Source: Tortispora ganteri
Lineage: Eukaryota
Length of the DNA stretch: 64,000 nt
Direction of reading: 5' to 3'
NCBI GenBank assembly: GCA_003707115.1
Contig: PPNB01000014.1
Span: 124,001 to 188,000, forward strand
Position 1 is the stretch's first letter; each line of letters begins with the position of its first letter. This document shows, one piece after another, positions 56,201 to 64,000 of this stretch. The notes under the pieces were generated by a model. It was not told the DNA's origin. It made no database searches and worked only from the letters and a program-made list of their open reading frames with translations. Made by a program: the position numbers and the translations under genes.

Positions 56201-57114
56201 TGTGTTTGACTAACTCTGCGCAGGCTATTTCTACCACTATAACGGCGCTGCCGGAAACTCAGAAGTACAAGCATGCCATGAACACTATATGGAATCTTTT
56301 AGAGGCTACTGATGATAACCAGCTGAGTCTTGACGAAAGAAAGAGACTGATAGATATGGATACGGTAGTCGGCCGCGTCGCATTCCGCTCGGTCTCGTTC
56401 AGGTACCCATCGCGTCCAGACACTATGGCGCTTCAGCGGCTCTCTTTCAGTGCGTCGCCCGGCCAATTCGTGGCGCTTGTTGGCCCATCCGGATCAGGCA
56501 AGTCCACCGCTATTAGCCTTCTTGAAGGTTTCTACAATTTATTCAGTGGCGACATTACTGTGGACGACCAATCAATCCGCGACGTGTCTTTAACGTCTTT
56601 GCGTAAACACATGAGTCTTGTCCCGCAGGTACCAGTGCTATACAGCGGCACAATCAAATACAATGTAGCACTCGGGCTAGATGACCCATCGTCCGCTAGT
56701 TTAGAAAAAGTTATTGAGGTGTGCAAGCTTGCGCACATTCACGACGTGATCATGAACCTTCCTGATGGCTACGATACGTTTGTAGGCGAAGACGGTTTAT
56801 TCCTGTCAGGCGGACAACGGCAGAGAATATCAATAGCGAGAGCACTAATCAGAGATCCACGGATCTTGTTATTGGATGAAGCGACTTCGGCGCTAGATGC
56901 AGAATCAGAGAAACTCGTTCAACAGTCATTGAACGTCGCCCGTATGGGCAGAACAACTATATGTGTGGCTCACAGGCTGTCAACCATCAAGAATGCTGAT
57001 ATAATATATGTCCTCGACCATGGAACTGTGGTTGAAATTGGAAAGCATTCACAGCTTGTAGCGAAAGGCGGCATATACGCAAGAATGGTCCATATGCAAG
57101 AAAATGATTTATGA
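53242..57114 (+). CDS. Full-length ABCB (MDR1/Ste6-type) exporter
   Basis: TMD-NBD-TMD-NBD; GHSGSGKST / LSGGQRQR / LLLDEATSALD and GPSGSGKST / LSGGQRQR / LLLDEATSALD. First ATG at 53242. Confidence 0.92.
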   Translation: MDPEKTNKFPQNEDDNFTSSVGKLLSITVNEDSSSNSVKSEQEILNCQIQTTHTRVSYIGLIKQGGRKCAFLYFITFALSGAVGMTYPASSLIFGDTSNDIFNFLYNTITVEDFKSAYTYHSLSFLVLACVSLAALFACFFLGLTVGEVITSKIRVKYVRSLFNQNFAYHDENGIASLSSVILHNAALIQSGLSDKFVFLTYNLVIVLGSFVLSMAVSWQFALMLFPVYLFMILLTVILAHFMRKNSLLLRTAELELSALINEALTSIPVIHAYGLRHTLINRVNELSRNLYKRRIKDVILASLNMGFSICISYFIFALGFWLGRKLAADDKISTDNMLCVLLVMSMGANSIYKITFLASNISVCTSAADPLVSLINRQSPVPSLSHSGKQLDSLEGRIEFCNIKFAYPSRQHHVVLPNFSLTIEPGSTVAIVGHSGSGKSTLINLIERYYLPISGTILLDNHDIADLDIRWLRRHISLVTQEPMLFSGSIFDNIAKGLDDSFKSTISSEELDHLVRSAAEKCNALGFITSLPNGFDTDIGLHGGQLSGGQRQRICIARAIISKPKILLLDEATSALDASSESLVQAAIDNVSKLSTTLMITHRLSSVKNADRIVVLKGGHIVEDGTHDELLAREGAYFDLVNAQSSDSDTISIDDIDIKFLRRRSSVATRRSSFLEQPTMDIGLPEIQEDTLSPAISHSMWSDIRFTLSLLKRHRWKVYSSLALMVVSGCIAPLSSIVFGYAMDEMRQSLYYPEHDGFLNLTCILYVVLGAICLITLMYSMYSMAYCGIEFIEKARSKILENLLSLNLKFYDQAKNDPNIIAADIAQACDNIRTLLCSAMFRLVTSLVAIFLSVAICFAYSWKMALVNFAGIFMVLVSSSVALTQLSKIHKRANSVYNKTTSTVCEALKSLKIVWSLDCAIDIVKTYESDLWTSLKRNVYGNAIISIAMSFSLSFRYFLMAAMFYYGCELISRHEIAMNEFYIALLCLTNSAQAISTTITALPETQKYKHAMNTIWNLLEATDDNQLSLDERKRLIDMDTVVGRVAFRSVSFRYPSRPDTMALQRLSFSASPGQFVALVGPSGSGKSTAISLLEGFYNLFSGDITVDDQSIRDVSLTSLRKHMSLVPQVPVLYSGTIKYNVALGLDDPSSASLEKVIEVCKLAHIHDVIMNLPDGYDTFVGEDGLFLSGGQRQRISIARALIRDPRILLLDEATSALDAESEKLVQQSLNVARMGRTTICVAHRLSTIKNADIIYVLDHGTVVEIGKHSQLVAKGGIYARMVHMQENDL

Positions 57115-57204
57115 GTTTTTTAGAAAACGAGACAATTGGGTTCTTTCTTCCTTTTTTTTTCTTTTTGTTCTCTTTTTCGGTATATGATTATGAATTACAG
57201 ATTA

Positions 57205-58761
57205 TTATTTCATGGCCTCCTCAGGATTCCAGTGACTCCGGGTTCGTAAAAAAGCGCCGTAACCGTAAAACAGAAACGGGCAAGGCATCAATAGCAGGCA
57301 TACGCATCCAATTAGTGTACCTGCCCACTGAATGCCAAGATCATCAAACATAAACTTCGTAAAAAGAGGAAAAGACGCAGCAAATGCAGAACGCATAATG
57401 GTATTAATGGATGACGCTGAGGCCGCATATATGAGATAGACGTCTATAATGTAGGAAACGCCCGGTAGAAACACCATAATAAGTCCTGCACCTATAAATG
57501 AGGCAGCAACTGTAGGACACATCCAATGAACATCGTAAGCTGCAGTCCATGTCATCCAGAACACGCCAACAGGCAGCACCACACCACCTATCATCATCGG
57601 AGGTAGTCGCATCTCCGGCACAGGTTTGCCATTGTTCTTTTCCATGGAGTCAATAACATAAAAATTGAGGTATCCAATGAAAAAACATCCAACTGCGAGC
57701 CCGATAAACATCGAAATATAGGGCAGCGTGTCCTGACCCAGAGGAAAGTGGTATTGGTAGTGAAAGATATAGGGCACGGCTATGAGCATCATGTACAACA
57801 TACCAAACGTGATTGACACGTACAAAGAAGTGAGAAGCAGAATTGGTTCTACCAGTATCATTTCTAAGGGTCTCATTACCGTTTTGGTAAAGAGACTATG
57901 CAAGCTGATCTCGTGCTGATCTATTGGCGCGTGTATGGCCCAGTTACCTGTAGTTTTGCGAAGCATGGACGCTTTTCTTTTCAACACAATAGGGTGGTAC
58001 GTTTCTTTCATAATAAACAGAAGCAGCAGAAGCACAAATACCTGGAACGCGCCTGCAACAATTTGGAGCAACCGCCAGTTCAAGTTTGGGTTCTTCACTA
58101 TATATGATCCAACGATTGGCGCCATCAGAGGGCCAATAAATGTTGCAAATCCAAAGTATGCAAGCGCAATACCACGATGTTGTGGCCGGTATATATCGGC
58201 CATGACTCCGCCGACGATAGCTTGTGGGGCGCCACCAAAGAAGCCACCAAAGAATCGAGTTAATAGAATAGCCTGTATGGACGTTGACGCCGCAGTAGAG
58301 AAAAGGAATATAGCGCAGAACATCGCCGTCATCGATAGCACGATCTTGCGGCCAAACACCTCAGACATAGGACCCCAGAAGAGCGGGCCTGTTGAGAATC
58401 CAAACACAAATAGCGATACACCGAGTGTAGCAACAATAGGCGCGACGCGATACTCTTGAGATACCGGTTGAATCGCCTGACTGAATATGGCGGAGGAAAA
58501 CGTACTGCTGCATGTAGTCATTGAGCAGATGAACAGTAGCACCGATCGCCTACGGTGCGACCAATTGAAAGGAAGAATCGGGTCGTCGTCACCTGTGAAG
58601 TCTACCTGGAACACCGACCGATCGCCAGGAATTGACGGCAAAATCCTACCTTCTGCGAGCAACAGTGATGTGCTTACAGTAGGGTCGCTTAACGCATTCG
58701 TATTACCTGGAGTCGAGTCTTCAATCTGCGAGGAGGTTGTCTTGAGCTCGATAGGATCCAT
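57205..58761 (-). CDS. MFS drug:H+ antiporter, DHA1 family (Tpo1/Flu1-like)
   Basis: VDFTGDDDPILPFNW, GPLFWGPMSEVFGRK, ETYHPIVL, PEMRLPPMM, YIIDVYLIYAASA..N..MRS, FPLFT. First ATG at 58761. Confidence 0.93.
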   Translation of the reverse strand: MDPIELKTTSSQIEDSTPGNTNALSDPTVSTSLLLAEGRILPSIPGDRSVFQVDFTGDDDPILPFNWSHRRRSVLLFICSMTTCSSTFSSAIFSQAIQPVSQEYRVAPIVATLGVSLFVFGFSTGPLFWGPMSEVFGRKIVLSMTAMFCAIFLFSTAASTSIQAILLTRFFGGFFGGAPQAIVGGVMADIYRPQHRGIALAYFGFATFIGPLMAPIVGSYIVKNPNLNWRLLQIVAGAFQVFVLLLLLFIMKETYHPIVLKRKASMLRKTTGNWAIHAPIDQHEISLHSLFTKTVMRPLEMILVEPILLLTSLYVSITFGMLYMMLIAVPYIFHYQYHFPLGQDTLPYISMFIGLAVGCFFIGYLNFYVIDSMEKNNGKPVPEMRLPPMMIGGVVLPVGVFWMTWTAAYDVHWMCPTVAASFIGAGLIMVFLPGVSYIIDVYLIYAASASSINTIMRSAFAASFPLFTKFMFDDLGIQWAGTLIGCVCLLLMPCPFLFYGYGAFLRTRSHWNPEEAMK

Positions 58762-59036
58762 AGCCAAATGGTCAAGCGTCCGAAGGAGTTCTGCAGTATT
58801 GTGGCGAGAGATCACGCACTTCTAGTTTTTGCGGTGAAATTGAATGCCAGAAATATACAATTGTCATAGTAATTGCACATAAAAACATACCGAGGTTTTG
58901 CGGGGTAAGAGGGGTCTCTCTCGTGCGGCTCACCTGAGCTTTTGGGATCTGCACCGATCGGCGTAGCGGCGTCGCGAAACCGCGGAACCGCAGTTAAATG
59001 GCCGACAAATACGTCTAATTTGAATAACAGACGCAT

Positions 59037-60155
59037 TTAATGGTTCTTTTTCTGCGATTGACGCCATTCAATAAACGGTGTGTACAGAAAGGGCGGCGTA
59101 GCAGACACAGAGAGTGTGATCATGGGAGAACTGGCAGGTGTGTATGCAACGTCGAGAACTGTGTTCTCAGGGTGCGCTAACACAGCCGGAATGAGCCATT
59201 CTAGGAACCCAGCAAGAAACTCGATCGCTTTATTTGCGTTCCAGGGGTTTTGTGGAGCGACAAAATGCGGGAGGCTTGCAGACCCAGCTCTAATCACAGA
59301 AGGGATCTTCATTGTGTTGTACTCCTCGGTGCGGATTAGATTATAGTTGTAGTCTCTGAACCCGTAGACGATACGTGGAATACCTATGAGGAATGACTGC
59401 GCCCATGCACGCGGCAGTTTTTCTTGCAGGAACTTCGCACGAGTCTTCTGGCTGGATTGCGGATCCACAGTCATTTTCAGCTCCACGTAGTGTTTGAGCG
59501 GGTCCTCATCCGCGGGTAGCCAGTCGTAAATAGCATCGACTTCTCCAGCAATCGCAATAGCGAGCAAACCTATACCTGTGCGCACAAGTGAAATATACTG
59601 GCACTGCGTCTGGATAGGATCGCTGTAGCGAGATTCGATCTCTTGCCTGGAACAATCTGGCCACGATTTTGGTATTGTCACCACATGTTCGAATTTACGG
59701 CCTGCATAATCGGCCTTCTGTGCCTGTACAGGCTTAGACTCAAACGGTACCGACTCTGATTCCTTGAATGCAAGGTCTTGTTTCATAAAAACCTGGCCGT
59801 CAAAATGCATCACATTGAACTTGAACGCAGACTGCTCGTACGGTGCCATCAGTATCTTCGTCAGTAGACCTCTGTATGAGAAGAAATCGGCTGAAATTCG
59901 TCCCTTAGTCTTCTCATAGTCTATTACCGCCTGTAAAAGAAAGTCTAGCCGCTCTTCAGGTTCTTCAAACGGCCTATAGTCTTCAAACCCGCTTGATAAG
60001 TCGATCCCGCTATGCGCTGCCTGTGCATAGTAGAAGTAGCGCAGTTCTGACCGATCGGGAATATACTTCCTGTCTACGTTTAAAGAAAAGTGGCACAGTT
60101 CTTTGGGTTTTTTAAACTGAGACTTAGAGCACAATGCAGCAGCCTCTACAGACAT
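59037..60155 (-). CDS. RAI1: Rai1/DXO decapping nuclease
   Basis: KPKELCHFS, ELRYFY, DLSSGF, SYRGLLTKIL.PY, YAGRKFE, GEVDA, YVELK, WAQSFLIGIPRIVYGFRD. Start at MSVEA (60155), just after an RRPE-like GAAAAAATTT. Confidence 0.9.
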   Translation of the reverse strand: MSVEAAALCSKSQFKKPKELCHFSLNVDRKYIPDRSELRYFYYAQAAHSGIDLSSGFEDYRPFEEPEERLDFLLQAVIDYEKTKGRISADFFSYRGLLTKILMAPYEQSAFKFNVMHFDGQVFMKQDLAFKESESVPFESKPVQAQKADYAGRKFEHVVTIPKSWPDCSRQEIESRYSDPIQTQCQYISLVRTGIGLLAIAIAGEVDAIYDWLPADEDPLKHYVELKMTVDPQSSQKTRAKFLQEKLPRAWAQSFLIGIPRIVYGFRDYNYNLIRTEEYNTMKIPSVIRAGSASLPHFVAPQNPWNANKAIEFLAGFLEWLIPAVLAHPENTVLDVAYTPASSPMITLSVSATPPFLYTPFIEWRQSQKKNH

Positions 60156-60270
60156 TATTGGTGTAGTTGAGAAAAAATTTGGTGCTTGTGATAGTGTAGT
60201 AGCACTTGCGTGGGATGTTAAGGTAACCCACCCATTGTGACTATAAACACAGAATGCGATTATAGTCACA

Positions 60271-60591
60271 ATGGTGAGAAGCGCCTGGTTTAACGACATT
60301 AAAGCGCGAGATGAGTCTTCTTTTGAGCGATCAAATAAATCAAAAATGATGTATAATGCACTGCAGGAGCATATGGCTGAACTTGAACCCGATTGTAACA
60401 CAAGACTAAATGAAGATCATATCCGAATATACGGACCCTATAACGCCAAAAAGCATACAAGGAACGCTGAACTAGACGTCAAAATGAACATAAAAAACAT
60501 TCTGTCTAAAGCGGAATCATCTGAATGGCTTTATAGGCCAGGCAAGTACTCAATTAATCCAAGCTGGCACTCTGGAGCTGATTACCACTAG
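60271..60591 (+). CDS. Possible small hypothetical protein, 106 aa
   Basis: ATG-initiated, divergent from RAI1, fills the RAI1-GET4 gap, soluble composition; its 3' end overlaps GET4 by 38 nt. Confidence 0.4.
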   Translation: MVRSAWFNDIKARDESSFERSNKSKMMYNALQEHMAELEPDCNTRLNEDHIRIYGPYNAKKHTRNAELDVKMNIKNILSKAESSEWLYRPGKYSINPSWHSGADYH

Positions 60592-61492
60592 ATCTTGACC
60601 CTCCGGACCCAAACAGCGATCCCATCATATCCATCAGCGGGTTGCTTGGTTTCGCCACTTTGAACACTCTTTCTCCAATGACCTGAACCGCTTTTCCCAG
60701 TCCTTCAACAGCATCTATACTCTGACTGTAGCGTGTAAGGAGCCGCTTGTACATGTCGGGATCCTGGTATGGCGCCGAAAGTACCAGCAACTGCACAAAC
60801 TGTAGTAACTCGACCTCCGGATCCACGTACACCACCACTTTCTGTCCGTTCAAGCTTGTCTCGACTGTCTGCGGGAATTTTAGAGCGCTCGTGAACTTTT
60901 CCACTGCCATTTTTGCATATTCTACTTTACCCATAGACATAAACCCAACCACTAGACGTAGAAGGTACTGGGCCGCATCTTTGTTAGAACTCAGATCGCA
61001 CAGCGCGAACAATGTATCAATGAGTATTTCCGCACTACTCTTCGTTCCTTGTAGGAGGTACCGTTCGGCCTCTATTGTATTTCCTTCGTTTAGCAGTATC
61101 TCGCCGATTGCGTGGTACAGATCGACATCGCCAAGTGGCGAGCTTTTGCGAGACCAGTTGATCGCTTCATTAATCAAATCTTTTCGTGTGGGTTCGGTGG
61201 GTTCATAGAGTGACAAAAGTTGTACTATCCGCCCACGAGACGCCGACGACATGTCTCGGTTGCTCTTCTCCTCGAGTTCAATCATGTACTTGCCGAGATC
61301 CGTGCCGGAACCTCCCTGTTTGGCTTTCAGCAACGCCTGTGCGCCTTCATACATCAACAGACAGGCGGTGTCAATATCGCCGGCTTTGGCGAACCGCGCG
61401 CCTACGCTTCTTAGCGCCTGATTCGCTTCGTAGTATTCTCCATTTTCAATAAGGCGGTTGGCTCGTTTCAACGATCTTTCAATATTTGACAT
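60554..61492 (-). CDS. GET4: GET pathway factor Get4
   Basis: GEYYEANQALR..GARF, GAQALLKAKQGGSGTDL, AINWS...GDVDLYHAIG, AERYLLQG, C-terminal NPLMDMMGSLFG. First ATG at 61492. Confidence 0.92.
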   Translation of the reverse strand: MSNIERSLKRANRLIENGEYYEANQALRSVGARFAKAGDIDTACLLMYEGAQALLKAKQGGSGTDLGKYMIELEEKSNRDMSSASRGRIVQLLSLYEPTEPTRKDLINEAINWSRKSSPLGDVDLYHAIGEILLNEGNTIEAERYLLQGTKSSAEILIDTLFALCDLSSNKDAAQYLLRLVVGFMSMGKVEYAKMAVEKFTSALKFPQTVETSLNGQKVVVYVDPEVELLQFVQLLVLSAPYQDPDMYKRLLTRYSQSIDAVEGLGKAVQVIGERVFKVAKPSNPLMDMMGSLFGSGGSRSSGNQLQSASLD

Positions 61493-61681
61493 GGTAACAG
61501 GCAAAAAAAAAGAACCAGAATGCGAAATGTGGAAAGTACCAGCAAAAAGGCAGTTGGAGGGACAGTCATCTGTTTGGCCCAAATTGGCCTATTAAACCTT
61601 AGTTGACTTGTATGACAGTTTGACTACATGTACAGCAAATAGCAATGCTTTATTTAACAAAAACATTAATAATATATATAA

Positions 61682-63130
61682 TTATACTTTCTTAGTATAG
61701 CTCTGATACGCTTTTAATTGTTTGTCAAGCAATTGACTAGCTGGACTCGCATTCGCCACAATTATAGCTATAGCAATGACATGCAAATAGAAATGCGATC
61801 CCTTCCATTTCTCGTATACAGCTCTGGCTTTCATTAACGGGAAACCTATCGACGCGTACTCGACTGCCAGCATAGTGCATATCCAGCCAAATATGTCATA
61901 GTATTTCTTGTACTTGGTCGGCGAGCCGCCGTCAGGCGTTAAGAAGAAAGGTCGCACTTTTCTGTGGAAAATCGCCTGTACTTGCAGGAACAGTACCACG
62001 GTGAAGAACGTCGCATAATATCCTGGCCGCGTTCCATGCCACAATCCAGAAACAGTAAACGTCACGAACTTATCAAATACCCCTGGACTTTTGTTTGCAG
62101 GTACCATGCGGAAGAACACACAGTGCCTCAACCATCGCTCAGTTGCCAAATTCCAGTTATTAACCAGCGATTTCATGTCTAGTGATGTCTTGATCGTGAC
62201 TGGGTCAGTATTCATCATGAGATCCCATCTCGGATTGCCATTGTCGTCTCGACCATTGTATCCGATACCAGAAAGCCCGCAAGCGCCTTCAGCGAATGCC
62301 CATACTGTACAGTACTTACTCATTGTCATCCAAAAGCTGATGTGGTAGTACATCACGTATTTCAGAAACGAGTTGCCATCGCAGAATGATGTACCGTCAA
62401 ATCTGAAACTATTCGTGCGTATAGTGGCTATCACAAATACAATCAAAAGGAAAATTGCTTTTAGCAAGGTCAGCAAACAGTACTTCACATCAGGCTTGAT
62501 CTTATAACCTTCGGGTTTGAACATCGCCATACTCAGATAGTCTCGGAATACATAATATTGAAATGAAGGACCGCTAAACAAAATCGGGAAAAAAAATACA
62601 TAGGCAAAGTAATCAAGGAGAGGTGGCATCTCCGTCAACAATGCCTGTTTCCGGAATGTGCTGTTGATCTTTTCCGAAGGAAGTGTACCGTCATGGATAT
62701 TCCACGCCATCAGAGATAGCTTTATTACCAACATCATCAACGTGCCGGCATAGTCTTCAGAGGGCACTCCGGTGTCCATATCCCTTTCCTTCTTCGCTTG
62801 AACAAACAGCAGGATACCCAATAGGGCGCCTGTAATCAGCCATGGTATCTTCTCTGATGCAGGCCTGTATGATAACACCGCGTACACCCAAGAAGCATTG
62901 ACAATCAAAAGAAAGAACCCCCAGTACATTGAAAAAATACCGCACATGAAAAAACAACCAACACCAATTATGTACCAGCATTTCAGGTTTTTAGCCTTGC
63001 TGGGGAATTGTGGCAAAACAGCTGCAAACGGATACGACAATAGGAAACAGAGAGTGAGCCTCAGGAGTCTTACATCCACATTTGCACCTGCTGCCGCATT
63101 TTCTATATACTGATCAATATATGGTAGCAT
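61682..63130 (-). CDS. ALE1: MBOAT lysophospholipid acyltransferase (Ale1/Slc4 family)
   Basis: MLPYID, CFLLSYPFA, MMLVIKLSLMAWNIHDG, YVFFFPILFSGPSF, WNLATERWLR, catalytic SGLWHGTRPGYY. Confidence 0.88.
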   Translation of the reverse strand: MLPYIDQYIENAAAGANVDVRLLRLTLCFLLSYPFAAVLPQFPSKAKNLKCWYIIGVGCFFMCGIFSMYWGFFLLIVNASWVYAVLSYRPASEKIPWLITGALLGILLFVQAKKERDMDTGVPSEDYAGTLMMLVIKLSLMAWNIHDGTLPSEKINSTFRKQALLTEMPPLLDYFAYVFFFPILFSGPSFQYYVFRDYLSMAMFKPEGYKIKPDVKYCLLTLLKAIFLLIVFVIATIRTNSFRFDGTSFCDGNSFLKYVMYYHISFWMTMSKYCTVWAFAEGACGLSGIGYNGRDDNGNPRWDLMMNTDPVTIKTSLDMKSLVNNWNLATERWLRHCVFFRMVPANKSPGVFDKFVTFTVSGLWHGTRPGYYATFFTVVLFLQVQAIFHRKVRPFFLTPDGGSPTKYKKYYDIFGWICTMLAVEYASIGFPLMKARAVYEKWKGSHFYLHVIAIAIIVANASPASQLLDKQLKAYQSYTKKV

Positions 63131-63734
63131 TGGTATAAGACGAAAAGGGAGGTGCTATATTATAGTCACATTATCTTATAGTGAGCCATCTAAGGCTGCA
63201 GTTATCGAGGTACCAGCGCTAAAATAACGTTGTTGACTTTCATTATTTCATTTAGCGCACTATATTAAGTGAGCTCGCTTTCGCGATAGGCTAAATGCGA
63301 ACAAACGGGAAGATTAACTTTAATCTCAACGCATTAGCGAAAGCCGACCTATGCTGCACGAATGCTTTAGTACGGCTTATTATCTCAAAACTGCATGGCA
63401 TACTCGACATAGAAGAACTGCATAGTAATTAAGGGTGAGGTGGTGTTATCAATCTTGGATCTATGTGCATTGTAGCCGGAATCTGTCAGCAGAGACAGCA
63501 TCAGTTCGAGCGTTTGGTGTATACTCTCACCTTGTTCGCGCTGAAAAAAATTTAGTGTCGCAAGACCTTCCGAAAAGTCAAAACCACTAGCGAAGTTTAT
63601 TTGCTTCTACTTGTTAATATGCTAAGTCGGAAATGTTATTAAAAATGCTACACAACGCGCCAGAGATAATAAAAGCTTATACAAGGCAAATTGCGGAACG
63701 ATCCAAAACATAGAAACATCATCTGAAAGTAAAT

Positions 63735-64000
63735 CTAGCTTAACAGTTCAAGCATCTGTTGATTTTCATAGATCAGGACACCAGAACCGGACTGTTCAAT
63801 GATTTTATGTGCAGCAGCAGCTATTTGCCCGGATTCGATCGCAAATCGTTTAGAAGCATATGATCCGAGCAGAGGAACGTATTTAAGACCTTTCATAAAG
63901 TTCACAGCTACAGTTTCTAAGGCCCGTGAATCAGGACGACCGTCATGAAGGATCATACCAGGACGCAGAATCACAGTCCTGTCAAAATTCAAAGCAATTA
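63735..64000 (-). CDS. FMP52: C-terminus of an Fmp52/HTATIP2-like NAD(P)-binding protein, 5'-partial
   Basis: FDRTVILRPGMIL...RPDSRALE..A...AIESGQIAAAA...IYENQQMLEL*. Confidence 0.7.
   Translation of the reverse strand, partial: IALNFDRTVILRPGMILHDGRPDSRALETVAVNFMKGLKYVPLLGSYASKRFAIESGQIAAAAHKIIEQSGSGVLIYENQQMLELLS

Noticed and set aside
60156..60401. Hydrophobic N-terminal extension of Rai1 in the ORF track
   Set aside because: Homology starts after ATG 60155, an RRPE-like element lies just upstream, and the region overlaps a plausible divergent ORF. ATG 60299 is not formally excluded.

Overview
Gene-dense, intron-poor fungal chromosome segment, most consistent with an early-diverging budding yeast (Saccharomycotina). 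It uses the standard code (CTG at conserved Leu positions). About 33 protein genes are supported, mostly housekeeping: SIP3/LAM1 (partial, missed by the ORF track), APL4, NRM1/WHI5-like, an NT-C2 protein, MPC2, IVY1-like, MCM3, a CaMKK/Snf1-activating kinase, SAT4, RVS161, FUN14, PBN1, RKM4, an Snf1 beta subunit, KIN17/RTS2, LYS9, DFM1, CBF5, SIS1, an RFX factor, YOP1, PEX3, ATG101, FCF2, an NF-YC/HAP5-like gene, SEC15, a Mei2-like RRM protein, CDC123, an ABCB exporter, a DHA1 MFS, RAI1, GET4, ALE1 and FMP52 (partial), plus 2-3 orphan ORFs. Best hidden signals: (1) a box C/D snoRNA in the FCF2 intron whose guide predicts 25S rRNA Am2256 (the snR63/SNORD46 target); (2) both detectable introns need AAG rather than YAG acceptors; (3) about 1.2 kb upstream of SAT4 has no sense-strand ATG; (4) telomere-like TTAGGG/TTAAGGG motifs recur in promoters; (5) ATG101 (WF finger reading FF) and Mei2, both absent from S. 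cerevisiae, are retained. No tRNA, rRNA, CRISPR or recognisable mobile element was found. All calls are by eye; no database searches were run.
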